The notes: generated from the sequence alone by a model not told the origin. DNA of 63,969 nucleotides, filler included, from Chiloscyllium plagiosum (GCF_004010195.1; 6 parts of one record of this genome joined end to end with filler, not necessarily neighbours in it); one strand, 5' to 3'. Shown: positions 13,225-26,600, numbered from the whole stretch's first letter. Made by a program: numbers and translations.

Positions 13225-13537
13225 TCAAGAATCTCTACAGTGGAAACAGGCCCTTCAGCCCAACAAGTCCACACTGGCCCTATGAAGAATAACCACCTAG
13301 AGCCATTACCCTGCATTTACCCCTGACTAATGCACCTAGCCTACACCTAGCCTAATTGCCCCTGAACACTATGGGCAATTTAGCATGGCCAGTTTGCCTA
13401 ACCTGCATATCTTTGGATTGTGGGAGGAAACCAGAGCACACAGTGAACGTGCAAATGCCACGCAGACAATCGCCTGAGGCTGGAATTGAACCTAGGTCCC
13501 TGGCACTGTGAGGTAGCAGAGCTAACTGAGCCACCAT
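13225..13537 (-). mobile_element. HE1-type SINE
   Basis: Homologous to the other HE1 copies. Confidence 0.8.
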
Positions 13538-14156
13538 AATCATTGCTTCTGTAATCAAATCCACAGTAGTGAAGGCCCACAGACCATTCACCTTCCTAAT
13601 TACTCACTGCATCTGCAAGCTAACTTTAAGTGGCATATGAACACGGACATTCGGGTCCCATTGGACACCTGCACATCCCAATGTCTCACCATTTAAGGAA
13701 TATTCAGCCTTCCCATTTTTTTGTCCCACTTACTTAATGCTACTCTATCTGCCATGTTGTAGCCCAGTCACATGTCCTGTCCAAGCTGTCTTGAGGCCTC
13801 TTTGTATCATCTTTCTAAATAACTTTCCCACCTAGTTTAGCATTAGCAAAATATTTGGAAATATCAGATTCTGTCACCTCCTGCAAATCATTTATATCGA
13901 TGATGAACAGAGATGGATCCAGCATTGATCCGTACAGTCTCCCATCAATAATAGCCTGCTACCCTGAGATCTACAGGTTAGTCAGGATGTCTGACTTCTC
14001 CTCTTTGGAGCTGCGAAGTGAGAGAATGACAGGGAGGAAGGTACATGTAGTTCAAAGGAAGCACTGATGCTACTTCTCATCTCCTATTAACGTCAGTGAC
14101 CATTGCACACACTTACCAATCGCTGTTTGACTCTCTGTTTCCTTGGGTGGAGTCTA

Positions 14157-14175
14157 TAGCTCCACCTGGTGGAGA
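14157..14175 (-). promoter_or_regulatory. Candidate CTCF site
   Basis: Minus strand TCTCCACCAGGTGGAGCTA is close to the CTCF core consensus and lies in non-repetitive sequence. Confidence 0.35.
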
Positions 14176-15311
14176 ACTAAAATTCCTGCAGGTATTACAG
14201 GACTATTTGTTCAATGTTTATCTCCAGAATTGTACAGCGATGGCAAGGCTGCAATTCAAAAGGGAGATGTTGTAAATAGATTTTGCCTAGCATTTGTTTG
14301 ACACATGTTAGATCTTGCAGGTTACCTAATACAGGTATTCGAATGTTGGTGCTCAATTTTTAGAAAGTTTATTAAATTTGTTGAGAAGCAGCAGGTGAGA
14401 TACAGTGCACGATTCAATTAGACAAAGAAAGGAAATATATGACTGGGGGCATTTTTTAAGATGGGAGAAGAAAGATCTTAAAAAGACAGATGGGGCAATT
14501 TTTTTTTCACTAAGAATGGTTTGTGTGTGGAATGAACTTCCAGAGGAAGTGGTAGGTACAGGCGCAGTTACAACATTTACAAAGACATTTCGATAAGTAC
14601 ATGAGTAAGAAATGTTTAGAGGGATATGGGCCAAGTATAGGTAAGTGGGACTAATTTAGTTTGGGATTGTGCTGAGCACGGACTGGTTGGATCGAAGGGT
14701 CTGTTTCTGTGCTGTATGACGTGCTGTCTCTATGACTGATTCAGATTGATCCTGAAGTTGTAGTGCAGAATGGAGGACTAGGAAGGGTGGTTTTGCAGTG
14801 GTGGAGAGTTTGTCCCTGATCTCTTGCAGTCTTTGCTAGAAACAGGCTTTTGTTCTTCGCTCAAGTTGTGACAGGGGAACTCCTTATCTTCTCCCTAGAA
14901 GATGATGGTTCATTCACTTGGATTCTCTCTCTCACTGTCTCTTCTCATATCCCCAATTGATATACCTTATTCTAGGGGCTGACAATCTATGCTATATCAA
15001 TCACCTATCTAAACCCTCTCTCCAATGTCCACAATGATAACTGTTGTCGCCAAAGAGAGGATCTGAGTGTGGTGAATGCTGAAAACATGTGGGAGAGTTT
15101 AGGATTCGGAATCCAGTTTAAAAATAAAACCTTCCAACTAAAATTGAACAGTGGAGAATTTTTTTCCTCTGAGGGTTTTTGAATTAACTTCCCTAAGAGG
15201 GCGGCGGTGGCTGCGACATTGAATATATCCAAGGTTGAGTTTAATAAATTTGTGATCAATGATGAGTCAAGGGCTACATGGAGATGGCAGGAAAATGAGG
15301 TCAAGACCACT

Positions 15312-15750
15312 ACCTGGTACTCCAACTGTACCATTCAAGATCGGAGACAGTTACAGAGAGTGGTGAACTCGGCCTGGACAATCACAAAGGCCAACCTCCC
15401 ATCTATGGAATCCATCTACCAGGCCCACTGTCAAGGAAAGGCTGCCAGTATTCTCAAAGATCCATCCCACCCTGGCAATGTTTTTCTACAACCTCTACCA
15501 TCAGGGAGAAGATACAGAAGCCTGAACACACACACCAGCTGGTTTCGTAACAGTTTCTATCCTACTGTTGTCAGAATACTGAATGGACTCACAAACACCT
15601 AACATTCACCTGTATCTGTGTTTTTGATTCCGACACCGTTTACCTATTATTTACTTATCTTTGCTATTTAACTCTGTGACCTACCTGTATTGCTCACAAG
15701 ACAAAGCTTTTCACTGTGCCTCTTGACAATAAATTCAATTCAATTCAATC
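15312..15750 (+). mobile_element. Rex1/Babar LINE 3' fragment
   Basis: WYSNCT..DRRQLQRVV...ILKDPSHPG...LPSGRRYRS...NSFYP, with a (TTCAA)n tail. Confidence 0.9.
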
Positions 15751-17449
15751 AGACTAGCCCTAATCTTCCCAAATGGTGAAGCAAGCTCAAGAGTCAAATG
15801 GTTCATTCCTGCTTCTACTTACTGTACTCTGTACTGTTCATGCATTTTCACAATGTAAGTGGACATACATTGCTTTATTGACCTGCTCCAACATGATGGC
15901 AGGCTAGGGGTAAGGAGGGATGGTGAAAAGTTTTGATTTTTGGTCTGATAGTCAGTCCATTCCCTCCTTCAAATGTTTGTGTCAATGAGAGACGACGGTG
16001 ACCAGTCTAGAATAGTCTATGAAAGAGGTGCTATTCTTCAATGAGACATTTAGCAGAAATCCCATGATGCCGCTCTGCAAACAGCAGAGGAATTCCCCAT
16101 GGTCTTGTAGACAACACTTGTCCCTGAGACCACATTCGAATGTTTTTTGTTCAACCCGTCTGGAGACATCATGAGACATTTCTGAGGCAGCTGGGATTTG
16201 AACGTGGGTCTCTTGGTGTAAGATTACTGCTACACCACAAGAGCTTCAGACAATAAAGGAAACCAGGTATTCTGATCATTTTCCACTGGCTCTTTGTGGG
16301 ATCTTGCTGTGGAGAAGTCATTGCTGCATTGCAATGCATTTAAAGCAATTAACTTGCTGTTAAGCACTTTCAGAGAGCCAGATGCCATGGAAGGGACAAA
16401 TTATTCCTGCTTTTTGCAGATTTCAGCTGCTAGGTAAGTTTCACAGCTGAAATCCAGTTGTTTCTCTTTTAGACCCAGGTCACTAATGAAGAAGCACCTT
16501 TACGAAGTAGCTCAGTATCAGGTCTTTTCAAATATTCCGTCTGAAGTATTAATCAAAGGGAGAAGAAAGGAGTTGATAGCCAAAGTTGCACAGTGCCTAG
16601 CTGCTGCATGTAATACACACGTTTGATAACCTCATTATTTTATTACCCCTGGCTGATAAGGTAATAATTAGCCTCCCACTCCCCACCCAAATCTCATACT
16701 GACAATTACAGTTGGATCCTAATGACCAGTCTGCTAAATGAGATGGTTGGAAGACTCAGTAGGGCGTCCAATAAATACAAGTCTTCATAACATTCCTGCA
16801 ACATCTCATTACCACTTACTGTCTTTCCATGTGCTTTCAAGTGCTGGGATGGATATTAACCCTCTGAGATTAGCATGGCAGTAGCAAGGTTGACATCTAT
16901 TACTCTGAACCATCCACAATGATGGTGAGCTGCTACAGCTCTTTAATCTCTGTTTACTCCTCAGGTCTACCTGTATTTTTGCATCCTTTACCCTCTGGAT
17001 AAAATTCATGGAATACTTTTTAATTGAGCAAAACTTACTTTCGATGGGTTTTCTTTTTTTTTTAGAAAAGTCCTGCTCACCTCAAGAAATGAATAACTAT
17101 TATTTGTTCAGTTGGGAAGGCAGCAGAGAGCCAGTCAGCCTAGCAAGAGCCCTGGGTAGGTACTTGTTCTGCAGCATTGGAGAGAGAAAGGAAGAGAGGC
17201 AACTAGGCTTTTAAACATGCTTTTTGAAAAGAAAAAGCTGAACTAAACTGATGTATGAATACGGGTTAAAAGAAAGTAGTTGGAGACTGGATAACTTACT
17301 ACTTGTACTTGTGTTGGTAAATTGTTGCCATAATCCCACTCTTTCATTAGACATGCAACAGGCACACGACAAAGTTGAGAAAGTAGGGTATTCAGAGTGT
17401 GCAAGAACTGACCGCACACTATTGGCAACACGCTGCATGATGAGGCAAA

Positions 17450-17935
17450 GTGCCCATGATCCCAGAGAGCTGTCTCATAAGAGAGAGATGACTGGGGCTG
17501 GGGTTTAACCTGAGGGTCACCCCGTGGGGTGAGTTTGAGAAGGTGGGACTTTCATTTTTGCTTAAGTTCAAAAATACAATTTATCCATAAAAATGTTTTC
17601 TCAACATATACAGTCACTGAAACAATTCGGTTCTATACAGTGGTATATGAAGGAACAAACAAATGTTGGAGCTTGAATCTATCCAACAAATAAACCAAAG
17701 ATATTTCTTACTTGTGCAAGATTATATTTACATATATTTGAGGCACCGGGAGGATCTGGACCCTCGTTTAACTTCAGCAGGAAGACCTCAGGCAATGGTC
17801 TTTCTCCATTGTGCCTTGGGACAGTTGCCCCAAGCTTTAATGTGTCAGGACCTTCATGGGACCCTCAACCAGTAACTGCAATTGAACCCATGCATCACAA
17901 CCTGCCATCCAGCCAACTGAACTAACTGATCCCTC
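17450..17935 (-). mobile_element. tRNA-derived SINE interrupted by a Tx1-like 3' fragment (~17556-17848)
   Basis: Both halves match the SINE at 32830-33025; the insert matches 745-1060 and is flanked by GGAC(T/C)TTCAT. Confidence 0.55.
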
Positions 17936-18370
17936 CCATCAGTAAGCAGATCAGGTCTCTTTCCTATAGTTTGGGTATAAATCAGTAATTGATAAAATGA
18001 GGTATCACTGTCTAAGAGTTAACTTGATATGGCCATGTTAGTTTAAGAAATATCACATTGCACAATGACTTTTTACACACTGAAATCATGAGCAAAGTCA
18101 TGTGATATGCAAATTGATGCACAGCATGGTTATCTGATCAGCAACCCTGGGCAATTCTTTTGTGAGTGGAATCAAGCAATTCAATTCAAATGCAAGCACC
18201 TTTTATGATATGACGATCAGAGAATGCTGGAGGAAACTCAGCAGCGTCTGTGGAGAGAGAAACCTGCTAGACCTGCTGAGGTTCTCCAGCACTTTATTTT
18301 TTCTATTTCTGATCGCCAGCATCTGCAGTAGTTTACTTTGACCCATTTATGATTTGTTCCCGTACATATA

Positions 18371-18700
18371 TGGGGTGGCACAGTGGCTCAGTAGTTAGCA
18401 CTGCTGCCTCAAAGTGGTAGGGACCCAAGTTTGATTCCTGCCTCTGGTGACTGTCTATGTGGAGTTTGCACATTCTTCCTGTGCCTGTGTGAGCTTGTTC
18501 AGGTTTCCTCCCACATTCCAAAGATGTGCAGGTTAGGTAAATTGTCCCTAGTGTTCAGGGATGTTTAGGTTAGGTGCATTAGTCAGGGGCAAATATAGAG
18601 TAGTAGGGGAATGGGTCTGGGTGGGTTACTCTTTGGAGGGTCGGTGTGGATGTGTTGGGCTGCAGGGCCTGTTTCCACACTGTAGGGATTCTATTCTATA
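18371..18700 (+). mobile_element. HE1-type SINE
   Basis: A/B-box head GGTGGCACAGTGGCTCAGTAGTTAGC and (ATTCT)n tail. Confidence 0.85.
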
Positions 18701-19106
18701 TCTGATTAGCAGATTTTGAACTTAACAGCATCACATCACCAGTGTATAATAGTGTATAATAGCTAAGATTTTATACTCAGTCCCTTCTCAGTTTGAGCGT
18801 TTCAATTCGAAAAATTACAATTTACACATCTTTATACTTAAACAATATTAAGTTCAGTTTATTGCAAAATTGTTGTTGTACAGTTCAAGTAAAAGTGATA
18901 ATTTTAATCCAAAATATATGTGCAACGATTTATAGTACTAAGGATAAAAGATATTTATAAAAACAAATATTGCATTAGTCTTTAATTCAGTGAAGACCTA
19001 GCACTTCTTTCCAAAGTGAAGGGGCTGAAACGTGGGGTTTCTGCAGCTGCAGTGGCTCTGTGGTCATAGTTCCAGATTTCCTGTATGAACAGACTCAGTA
19101 GGACTT

Positions 19107-19191
19107 ACGAAAGTGAGAGGTTTCTTGTTCTTCATTATTCTATGGTTATATGTCTTGCAGATAACCTGGACATTTATTGATAGTGCAGCAG
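19107..19191 (+). CDS. Probable signal-peptide exon of the cytokine receptor; no in-frame ATG (ACG at 19107 or GTG at 19113)
   Basis: Frame reads (T/M)KVRGFLFFIILWLYVLQITWTFIDSAA, i.e. basic n-region, hydrophobic core and small-residue cleavage site. It ends G|GTAATT in phase 1, compatible with the phase-1 acceptor at 43758. In-frame TGA upstream at 19086-19088. Confidence 0.6.
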
Positions 19192-19559
19192 GTAATTTCT
19201 GAATGTTTTCCTTCTTCTGCACTCATTGGCTGGGAATCCTCCCCCTGATTATATCTCTCAGCTTTCTTCTATGCGGTTCTGCACAAAATGATTGCTACAG
19301 TCGGTCCTCTATCAGAACCAATGAAAATCACTACAGCATTGAATTTAAGTGAGCCATTGTTCTACTGAGCAAATAGGAGTTTTCTGTGTTGCGTGTGCTC
19401 ACAGATTTTTTGAATTGTCACAGATTTGGAAGAAACCACTGTGTTTTCCATTGGGCTAACCAAATTCTAAAAGTATTCCTTTTGTAGATTGGGGTATGTT
19501 GATGTTCTGATGATTGTCAGTATAAAAGGGGAAGTTGTTGGGCATTTTGAAAAGCACAA

Positions 19560-20220
19560 TGGGACCTATCCTAGGATGCTGAGGGAGGAAATTGCATTTA
19601 CAAAATCTTTGCATTCTTTTTAGTTATTGAAGATATCCCAGAGGACTGGAGAATAGCCAACCTTGTTCCCTTGTTTACGAAGGGCAATAGGGATAACCCA
19701 GGTAATTACAGGCTGGTGAGCCTTACGTCAGTGATAGAGAAAGTATTGATTTACTCACGTTTGGAAAAATATGGACTCATTAGCAATCAGTAGCATATGT
19801 AAGTAGCAGGGAAGGTTATGTCTCACAAACTTGATTGAGTATTTTGAGAACATATCAAAAATCTGGGGAGGGAGGTCAATATTGTCTACATCTGCTTTAG
19901 CAAGGCCTTTGACAAGGTCCCTCATGGCAGGTTGGTACAATAGATGAAGTCACATTGGATCTGTGGTGAGCAGGTAAGATGGATACAAAACTGGCTAAGT
20001 CATAGAAGACAGAGAGTAGTGGTGGAAGGGTGTTTTCTGACTAGAGATCTGTGACCAGTGGTGTTCTGCAGAGATCAGTGTTGTGTCCCTTGTTATTTGT
20101 AAAATATGTAAATGATTTGGAGGAGAAAGTAGTTGGCTTGATTAGTAAGCTTGTGGATGACACAAAGATTGGGGAGCTGCAGATAATAAGGAGGATTGCC
20201 ACAAGGTACAGCAAGATATT
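19560..20220 (+). mobile_element. CR1 RT fragment
   Basis: NYRLV, KAFDKV, SGVLQRSVL, KLVDDTKIG. Confidence 0.85.
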
Positions 20221-20303
20221 TCAACTCTTCTTCCAACTTCTAACCTTCTCTCAATTTTGCATCATTCTTCTCTCCTTTTCCTTATCTCCATTAATGATGA
20301 GAG

Positions 20304-20940
20304 TATCACAAAGCTGGTCCTTTCTCAAAGTTACTGTGCCCTTGAGATTTTTTCAGAGACGGGGCAATTGCCCAGCTACAACTAGGGCTGGGTTTGAAAG
20401 GTTTATTACGACCCTTCTTGCTTACCCCTAACAGGTAATACCTCTGGCTGAAGGCTTTCATGTCTTAAAAAAAAACTGGTAAAATTGAATGGGAGTGGCC
20501 AGCTAGCTGTGTAGCTAGCCTTCATTTAGATTAGAGTTCTTGGTTCAGATCAGCAGCAGTGTGTGTGAAGAAAGGCTGCTGGTTCTCTCCCTCCTTCTGC
20601 CCTTCTGACTCTGTAATCTGTAAGCTTTTTGTGTCATTGTTACTCTTTGTGCTGAGGGGTTTGTTTATTGGGTCTGTTGCAAGTATTTTGGAATAGCATC
20701 ATTGAGTCAGGGTAGTCTGTTGTGTTCGGATAGGATATGTTATTTGGGTATTCTATTTTTGGTTTGTTGTGTTTCATGCCGTAATTTTGTAAATAAATTC
20801 AGTTTGTTTAAAACTTGGCAGCCGGACCAGCTAATTCGCTCTGGGAGTATCCACTGTACACTTACCTGAGACAAATAGCAAAGTTACAGTCTGGGCTACC
20901 TGCTTAAAAATGTTTTGAGGGTTGGGCCTGGTCCGTAACA
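20304..20940 (+). repeat. 5' LTR of the Gypsy element
   Basis: TATCAC...GTAACA, internal AATAAA, roughly 90% identical by eye to the 3' LTR. Confidence 0.9.
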
Positions 20941-20943
20941 GAC

Positions 20944-20961
20944 TGGGAGCTCATCTGGGAT
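20944..20961 (+). promoter_or_regulatory. Primer-binding site, tRNA-Pro type (decayed)
   Basis: TGGGAGCTCATCTGGGAT, 3 nt after the LTR, versus canonical TGGGGGCTCGTCCGGGAT. Confidence 0.8.
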
Positions 20962-22168
20962 TGGTATTTGGAATTCGAATTGCTTGGACTTGGAAGCAGT
21001 GAGGGTAGGTGTTAGTGTCTTTTACTCTGGGTGTTGATTTGGTTGGGTAAACAGCGCTGGGATAGCAATGGCTCTTTCAGTCACCAAGAGTTTTCTGGGG
21101 GTGGAAGAAGTGACCTTGAGGGTTTTACAAAAGGTGGGTAAGGCCAAACTCTGGGAACTAGCAGACAGGCTGGGGTTGGAACTGCCTCAAAACATGAGGA
21201 AAGGGTAAAGGATTACAGCAGTAGCTCAGTATTTAAATTTGCTGGAAACACCATCGGGATCTGTAGAGATGGTAAAAATTCACTTGAAAATTGAAGCAGC
21301 TTGAGTTAGAGATGAGAGATAAGGAAAGGCAACAGAAATTAAACAGTTTGAGTTATGATAAAAAGCAGACGAGAAAGAAAACAAATCAAAGGCTTTAGCA
21401 GAAGACAAGGAAAAAGAGAGAGAGTTTGAATTTCAGAAAATGACACTTAGAGAGGAAAGTCACCTTAAATGGATGGAAATGAAGGCTGAAGTTAAGCTTA
21501 GTGAGGAAGAGAGTGAGGCTGAGCAAACCCATGGTAGCCAAAGGCCTGATGAGAAACTGCTCAAATATCGCCTAAATTTGATGTGAAGGATGTAGAAGCC
21601 TTTTTCATCTCATTTGAAAAAGTGGCTAAACAAATGCCAGTGACCATGTGGGTTTTGTTGATCGAAACCAAACTTGTGGGTAGGTCAAGTGAATTCTTTG
21701 CATCACTATCAGAGGAGGTATCTGAGGAATATAAGAAGGTGAAAAAGCCATCTTAGGTGCATATGAGCTTGTGCCAGAAGACAGACAACATTTCAGGAAT
21801 CTAAGGAGGGACCCTGATCACACCTTTATTGAGTTTGAAAGGATCAAACAAAGTAATTTTGATAGGTGGATAAGAGATTTAAAAATACAGCAAACCTACA
21901 ACATTTTTAGAGAGACAACAATTTTGTAGGAATTCAAAAATTCACTGCCTGAAGTAATGCGAACTCATGTGGAAGAGCAGAGAGGTAAAATGGCAAGGTT
22001 AGCAGCTGAAGTGCCTGATGATTATGAGCTGATCCATAAAACTCGGTTTGCCTTCCTGAATCAATTTCAATCTGTGAGAGATAGAAATTGGGGCAAAGAG
22101 AAATCCTCATGTGGAAAGGGAAAGGTAGATCTCGGTGAAGATTATCGGGAGAACTTACCACAGGGTAA

Positions 22169-22625
22169 CAAACACTAGGACAAACAGACAGAAAACTAAC
22201 CACCAGGATACATGAACATCAACTAGCTACAAAAAGACATGATCTTCTCTCACTAGTATCCTCACATATGGATGAAGAAGGACACTACTTCGACTGGGAC
22301 AATACATCCATCCTCGGACGAGCCAAACAAAGACACGCACAAGAATTCCTAGAAGCATGGTATTCCAACTGGAACTCTATTAATAAACACATCGAGTTAG
22401 ACCCTATCTACTACCCCCTGAGAAAAGGAACTTGAAGTGATTTCACCATCGGAAATAACATCATAACAGGAAATGACATCACCAAACCAAAGAAACCCAA
22501 ACATATAAATAGAAAGCAGGAATTTTCAGCATTGCTTTGCATGAAGTCCACTGAAGATGTTACCTAGTAAGGTAACAAAACATCTGGAAATGAACCTTTC
22601 AGCTCAGTGAGCAAACCTACATCCA
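22169..22625 (+). mobile_element. Penelope-like element 3' fragment (GIY-YIG C-terminus plus decayed hammerhead) nested in gag
   Basis: Reads GQTDRKLTTRIHEHQLATKRHD...FDWDNTSIL...EFLEAW...INKHIELDPIY; 14-bp TSD TTACCACAGGGTAA at 22155-22168 and 22626-22639. Confidence 0.85.
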
Positions 22626-23342
22626 TTACCACAGGGTAAAAAGGAAATCCTTGCAGGGAACAAACAAGATAAAAAGCTCCAGTATTTTCATTGCAATAAA
22701 GTAGGCCGCATGAAATCACAGTGTTGGTGGGCTAGGAGAAAGCCAGATGTAGGAAAACAGGACAAGCCTGGGAGTTTTGTTGGAATAGTAACAGAAAAGC
22801 CAGTAGAAGCTAGAAAGCTGCATCAGAGTGTACAAGCTGATCAGAGTTTGGTTAAGGAGGAAGTACCATATCTGCTTGGAAATTATACCTGCAAAGGGAA
22901 AGTTTATTCACATAGGCCAGGAGTAGCAGGTAAAGAGGTTATAATATTAAGGGACACAGGATCCTCTCAGTCTGTGATGCTGAAGGATGAGTAGATGACA
23001 GAAAAGGGGAACTCATGGTGAGACAAAAGGTGCTCAATTATGTAAAGTGAAATTAGAGTGTCCAGAAAAGAGTAGAGAATTTGTAGTGGGAGTACTGGAC
23101 AAACTCTCAGTTCCAGGAATACAATTTGTCCTTGCAAATGACATAGCTAATTCACCAGTAGGAGTGCTGCCTATTGTGGTTGAAAAGCCAGTGGAAACAG
23201 AGGCAATTGCAGCAATGCATGACTCTTATCCTGGGATCTTTCCTGATTGTATGGTAACGAGGTCACAAAGCCACCAATCAAAACAGGAGAGATCAAAGGG
23301 TTCAGATAAAAAAGCTTAAGTGGCATTAGCAGAGACTGTGGT

Positions 23343-23657
23343 TAGATTAGATTAGATTACATTACATTACAGTGTGGCAACAGGCCCTTCGGCCCAACAA
23401 GTCCACACCGACCCGCCGAAGCGCAACCCACCCATACCCCTACATTTACCCCTTACCTAACACTATGGGCAATTTAGCATGGCCAATTCACCTGACCTGC
23501 ACATCTTTGGACTGCGGGAGGAAACCGGAGGACCCGGAGGAAACCCACGCAGACACGGGGAGAACTCCTCACAGGAGGTCGCCTGAGGTGGGAATTGAAC
23601 CCGGGTCTCTGGCGCTGTGAGGCAGCAGTGCTAACCACTGTGCCACCGTGCCGCCCA
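23343..23657 (-). mobile_element. Young HE1-type SINE nested in the Gypsy pol region
   Basis: CpG-rich, near-consensus copy; short TGGTT duplication at the flanks. Confidence 0.9.
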
Positions 23658-26600
23658 ATGGTTGATCAGTTAGTTGAGACAAAACAGGAGCCAAAATATG
23701 CAATTATCTTTAGCTCAGCTAAACTAATTGAGTTACAGCAGAAAGATGACATTTTAAAGCAGTTATATCAAAAGACATATAAAGAAGTGGAATCTGAATG
23801 TATCCCTGAGTGTTATTATCTGAAAAATTCAGTCTTAATGTGGAAATGAAGACTATCACATATTTAGGCAGATAAGAAATGGGCAGAAATTCATCAAATT
23901 ATCTTACCATTGAGGTATAGAAAGGAAGTGTTGCAAGTGGCATATAAGCTACTGCTTGGGGTCATTTAGGTGTGAGAAAAACTCAAGCTAAAATACAAAA
24001 ACATTTTTACTGGCCTGGACTGCACAAGGAAGGAGTCGAACTTTGCCAGACATGTCATACATGGCAGCTAATCGGAAAACCATAGGCAATAATAAAACCT
24101 GCACCTTTAATACCTATTCCTGCATTTGATGAACCTTTTACACAAGTCTTAATTGATTCCGTAGGTCCCCTACCTCAAATAAAAAGTGGGAATCGGTGAT
24201 TGGTAACAATAATGGATGTATTGACTGGATTTCCAGAGGCTATCCCATTATGGAATATCACAACTAAAAGGATTGCAGAGCAATTACTCAATTTTTTTAC
24301 CACAGAAATACAATCAGATCAAGGGTCAAACTTCACATCTAAACTATTCAAGGAGGTTATGGACAGCTTAGGAATAAAACAATTCAAATCTACTGCGTAC
24401 CTTCCAGAATCACAGGGTGTGCTAGAGAGATGGCATCAGACATTAAAGACCATGTTGAGGGCTTATAGACCAGCTATCCAGATGTATGGGATAAGGGAAT
24501 TCTGATTGTGCTTTTTTTGCAATCAGATGCATCGACTAAATGAATTGACCAAATTCAGTTCATTTGGATTAATTTTTGGGAATGAAGTGAGAGGACCATT
24601 AAAATTGATTAAGGAGAAATTGGAAATCAGAATTCAGAGACTACATATTTGGACTTTGTATCAAATTTTACAGAATGTTTAAATAGAGCTGGGGAGTTGA
24701 TTAGATAGCAATTAAAAGTATTGCAGCATGCAATGAAATTGGAAGCAGAGAAGAAATCAAAGATTCACAATTTTGCCATCGGAGATAAGGTATGATTTGA
24801 AGGTGTTTGTATTGGACTGGGATGTACAATGTTAAAAATCACACAACACATGATTATAGTCCAACATGTTACTTCCAGTAATAGGTGAGCCTTTAAAAGC
24901 AAAGTTTAGTGGACCTTATCAAATCGAAAGGAAATTGAGTGAGGTGAACTACTTGATAGGGACTCCAAATAGAAAGAAATCTCAGAGAATGTTTCATGTG
25001 AATCTGCTCAGAAGGTATTTTGACAGGGAAGGAAAGCAAGAGGAAAATGTGTTATTGGTTCCAACACAGAGGCAAGAACAAATTCAGAAGATTCTGAATC
25101 AGACATTCCTCAAATTAAATTGGACAATGAGGGGTTTGTCAAAAATTGGGATAAATTATTGAGTTACCTTTCTGAGAAAAATTGAAATGACCTGAAAGAG
25201 TTATTGCTATCACATGGGGAGATATGCAGAAATAGACTGGGAAATACTAACCTAATTGTGCAAGATGTAGATAAAGGAGGTGCTGTTAATGTTAAGCAAT
25301 GTCCTTATAGACAGAACCCGTTAAAGTTGGCGGAGATTGAACGCATGCTCTAAGGTGACATAATTGAAGTGAGTTACAGTGACTGGTTCTCACTTATAGT
25401 CATGGTGCTGAAGCCAGATGGTACCTAACGGTTATGTGTGGACTATCGCAAGGTCAATGCAGTCACAAAGACTGATGCATATCCGATTCTGCAGTTGGAA
25501 GACTGTGTTGAAAAGGTGGGACAAGCAGCTTACATTTCTAAGTTAGCCATGCTCAAAGCTGCTGGCAGGTATCTTTGTCAGAAAGAGCAAAGGCAATTTC
25601 GGCTTTCATAACACCACATGGACTTTATCAGTTTAAAGTCATGCCATTTGGTATGAAAAATGCTCCAGCTATGTTTCAGAGACTAACCATAAGGTCATTG
25701 CCAGATTACTCAACTGTGTGGTGTACATTGATGACCTGGTGATTTTTAGTAACTCACAGAAGGAACATTTACAGCATTTATCGGACCTGTTCGATTGACT
25801 TTGGAAGGCAGGCTTGGCGGTAAACCTAGCTAAAAGTAAATTTGCCAAAGCCCAAATCACCTTCCTGGGCCACGTAATTGGACATGGAGAAATGGCCCCA
25901 CGGAAAGCAAAAACAAAGGTAATTGGGAAGTTTCCCATACCATCGACAAAAAGAGTCATACTATGGTTCCTGGGATTGATTGGATTTATCAAAAGTTTTT
26001 GCAGAATTTTCGCAGTGTGATAGCTCCACTCACTGAACTGCTAAAGAAAGGCAAGAAGTTTCAGTGGACATTGGACTGTCAATAGGCATTTGACAGCCTG
26101 AAAGCTGTGTTGATCACTGCCCCCAGTATTAGCTACACCTAATTACACAAAGCCTTTTAAGGTGGCTATCAATGCTAGTGATGTGGGTATTGGTGCGGTG
26201 CTCCTGCAGGAAGACAACGAGAACATAAAAAAGACCTATCGGATATTCCTCCAGGAAGTTGAAAGTTCATCAGCAGAAATATTCGATGGTTGAGAGGAGA
26301 CTTTGAGCTTGGTGTTGGCGTAAAACATTTCAGTGTTCATATTACCAGCAACACATCTGAGACAATCATATACAATGATCATAACCCATTGAAGTTTGGG
26401 GAGAAATTTAAGGACAAAAATGTCAGACTGTTTAGATGGAGCTTGTTGTTACAGCCAATCAATGTGAAAATTGTGCATGTGGCAGCATGAGAAAATGTGA
26501 TTGCTGGTGCATTGTCGAGACTCAAATGAGAAACGGCGGCATTTCATGATGGGAGTACCACAGACTGAAACTGAATGTAGCGGTGTATGTTTGGATGTTT

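Noticed and set aside
14117..14185. 69-nt minus-strand exon-like segment (NFSSPPGGAIDSTQGNRESNSD)
   Set aside because: Weak acceptor, no homology; direct splicing to the 682 acceptor creates a stop.
16387..16439. GCCATGG plus consensus donor AG|GTAAGT as an alternative first exon
   Set aside because: Phase 2 does not fit the phase-1 acceptors, and the ATG sits at the end of an old SINE-like relic.
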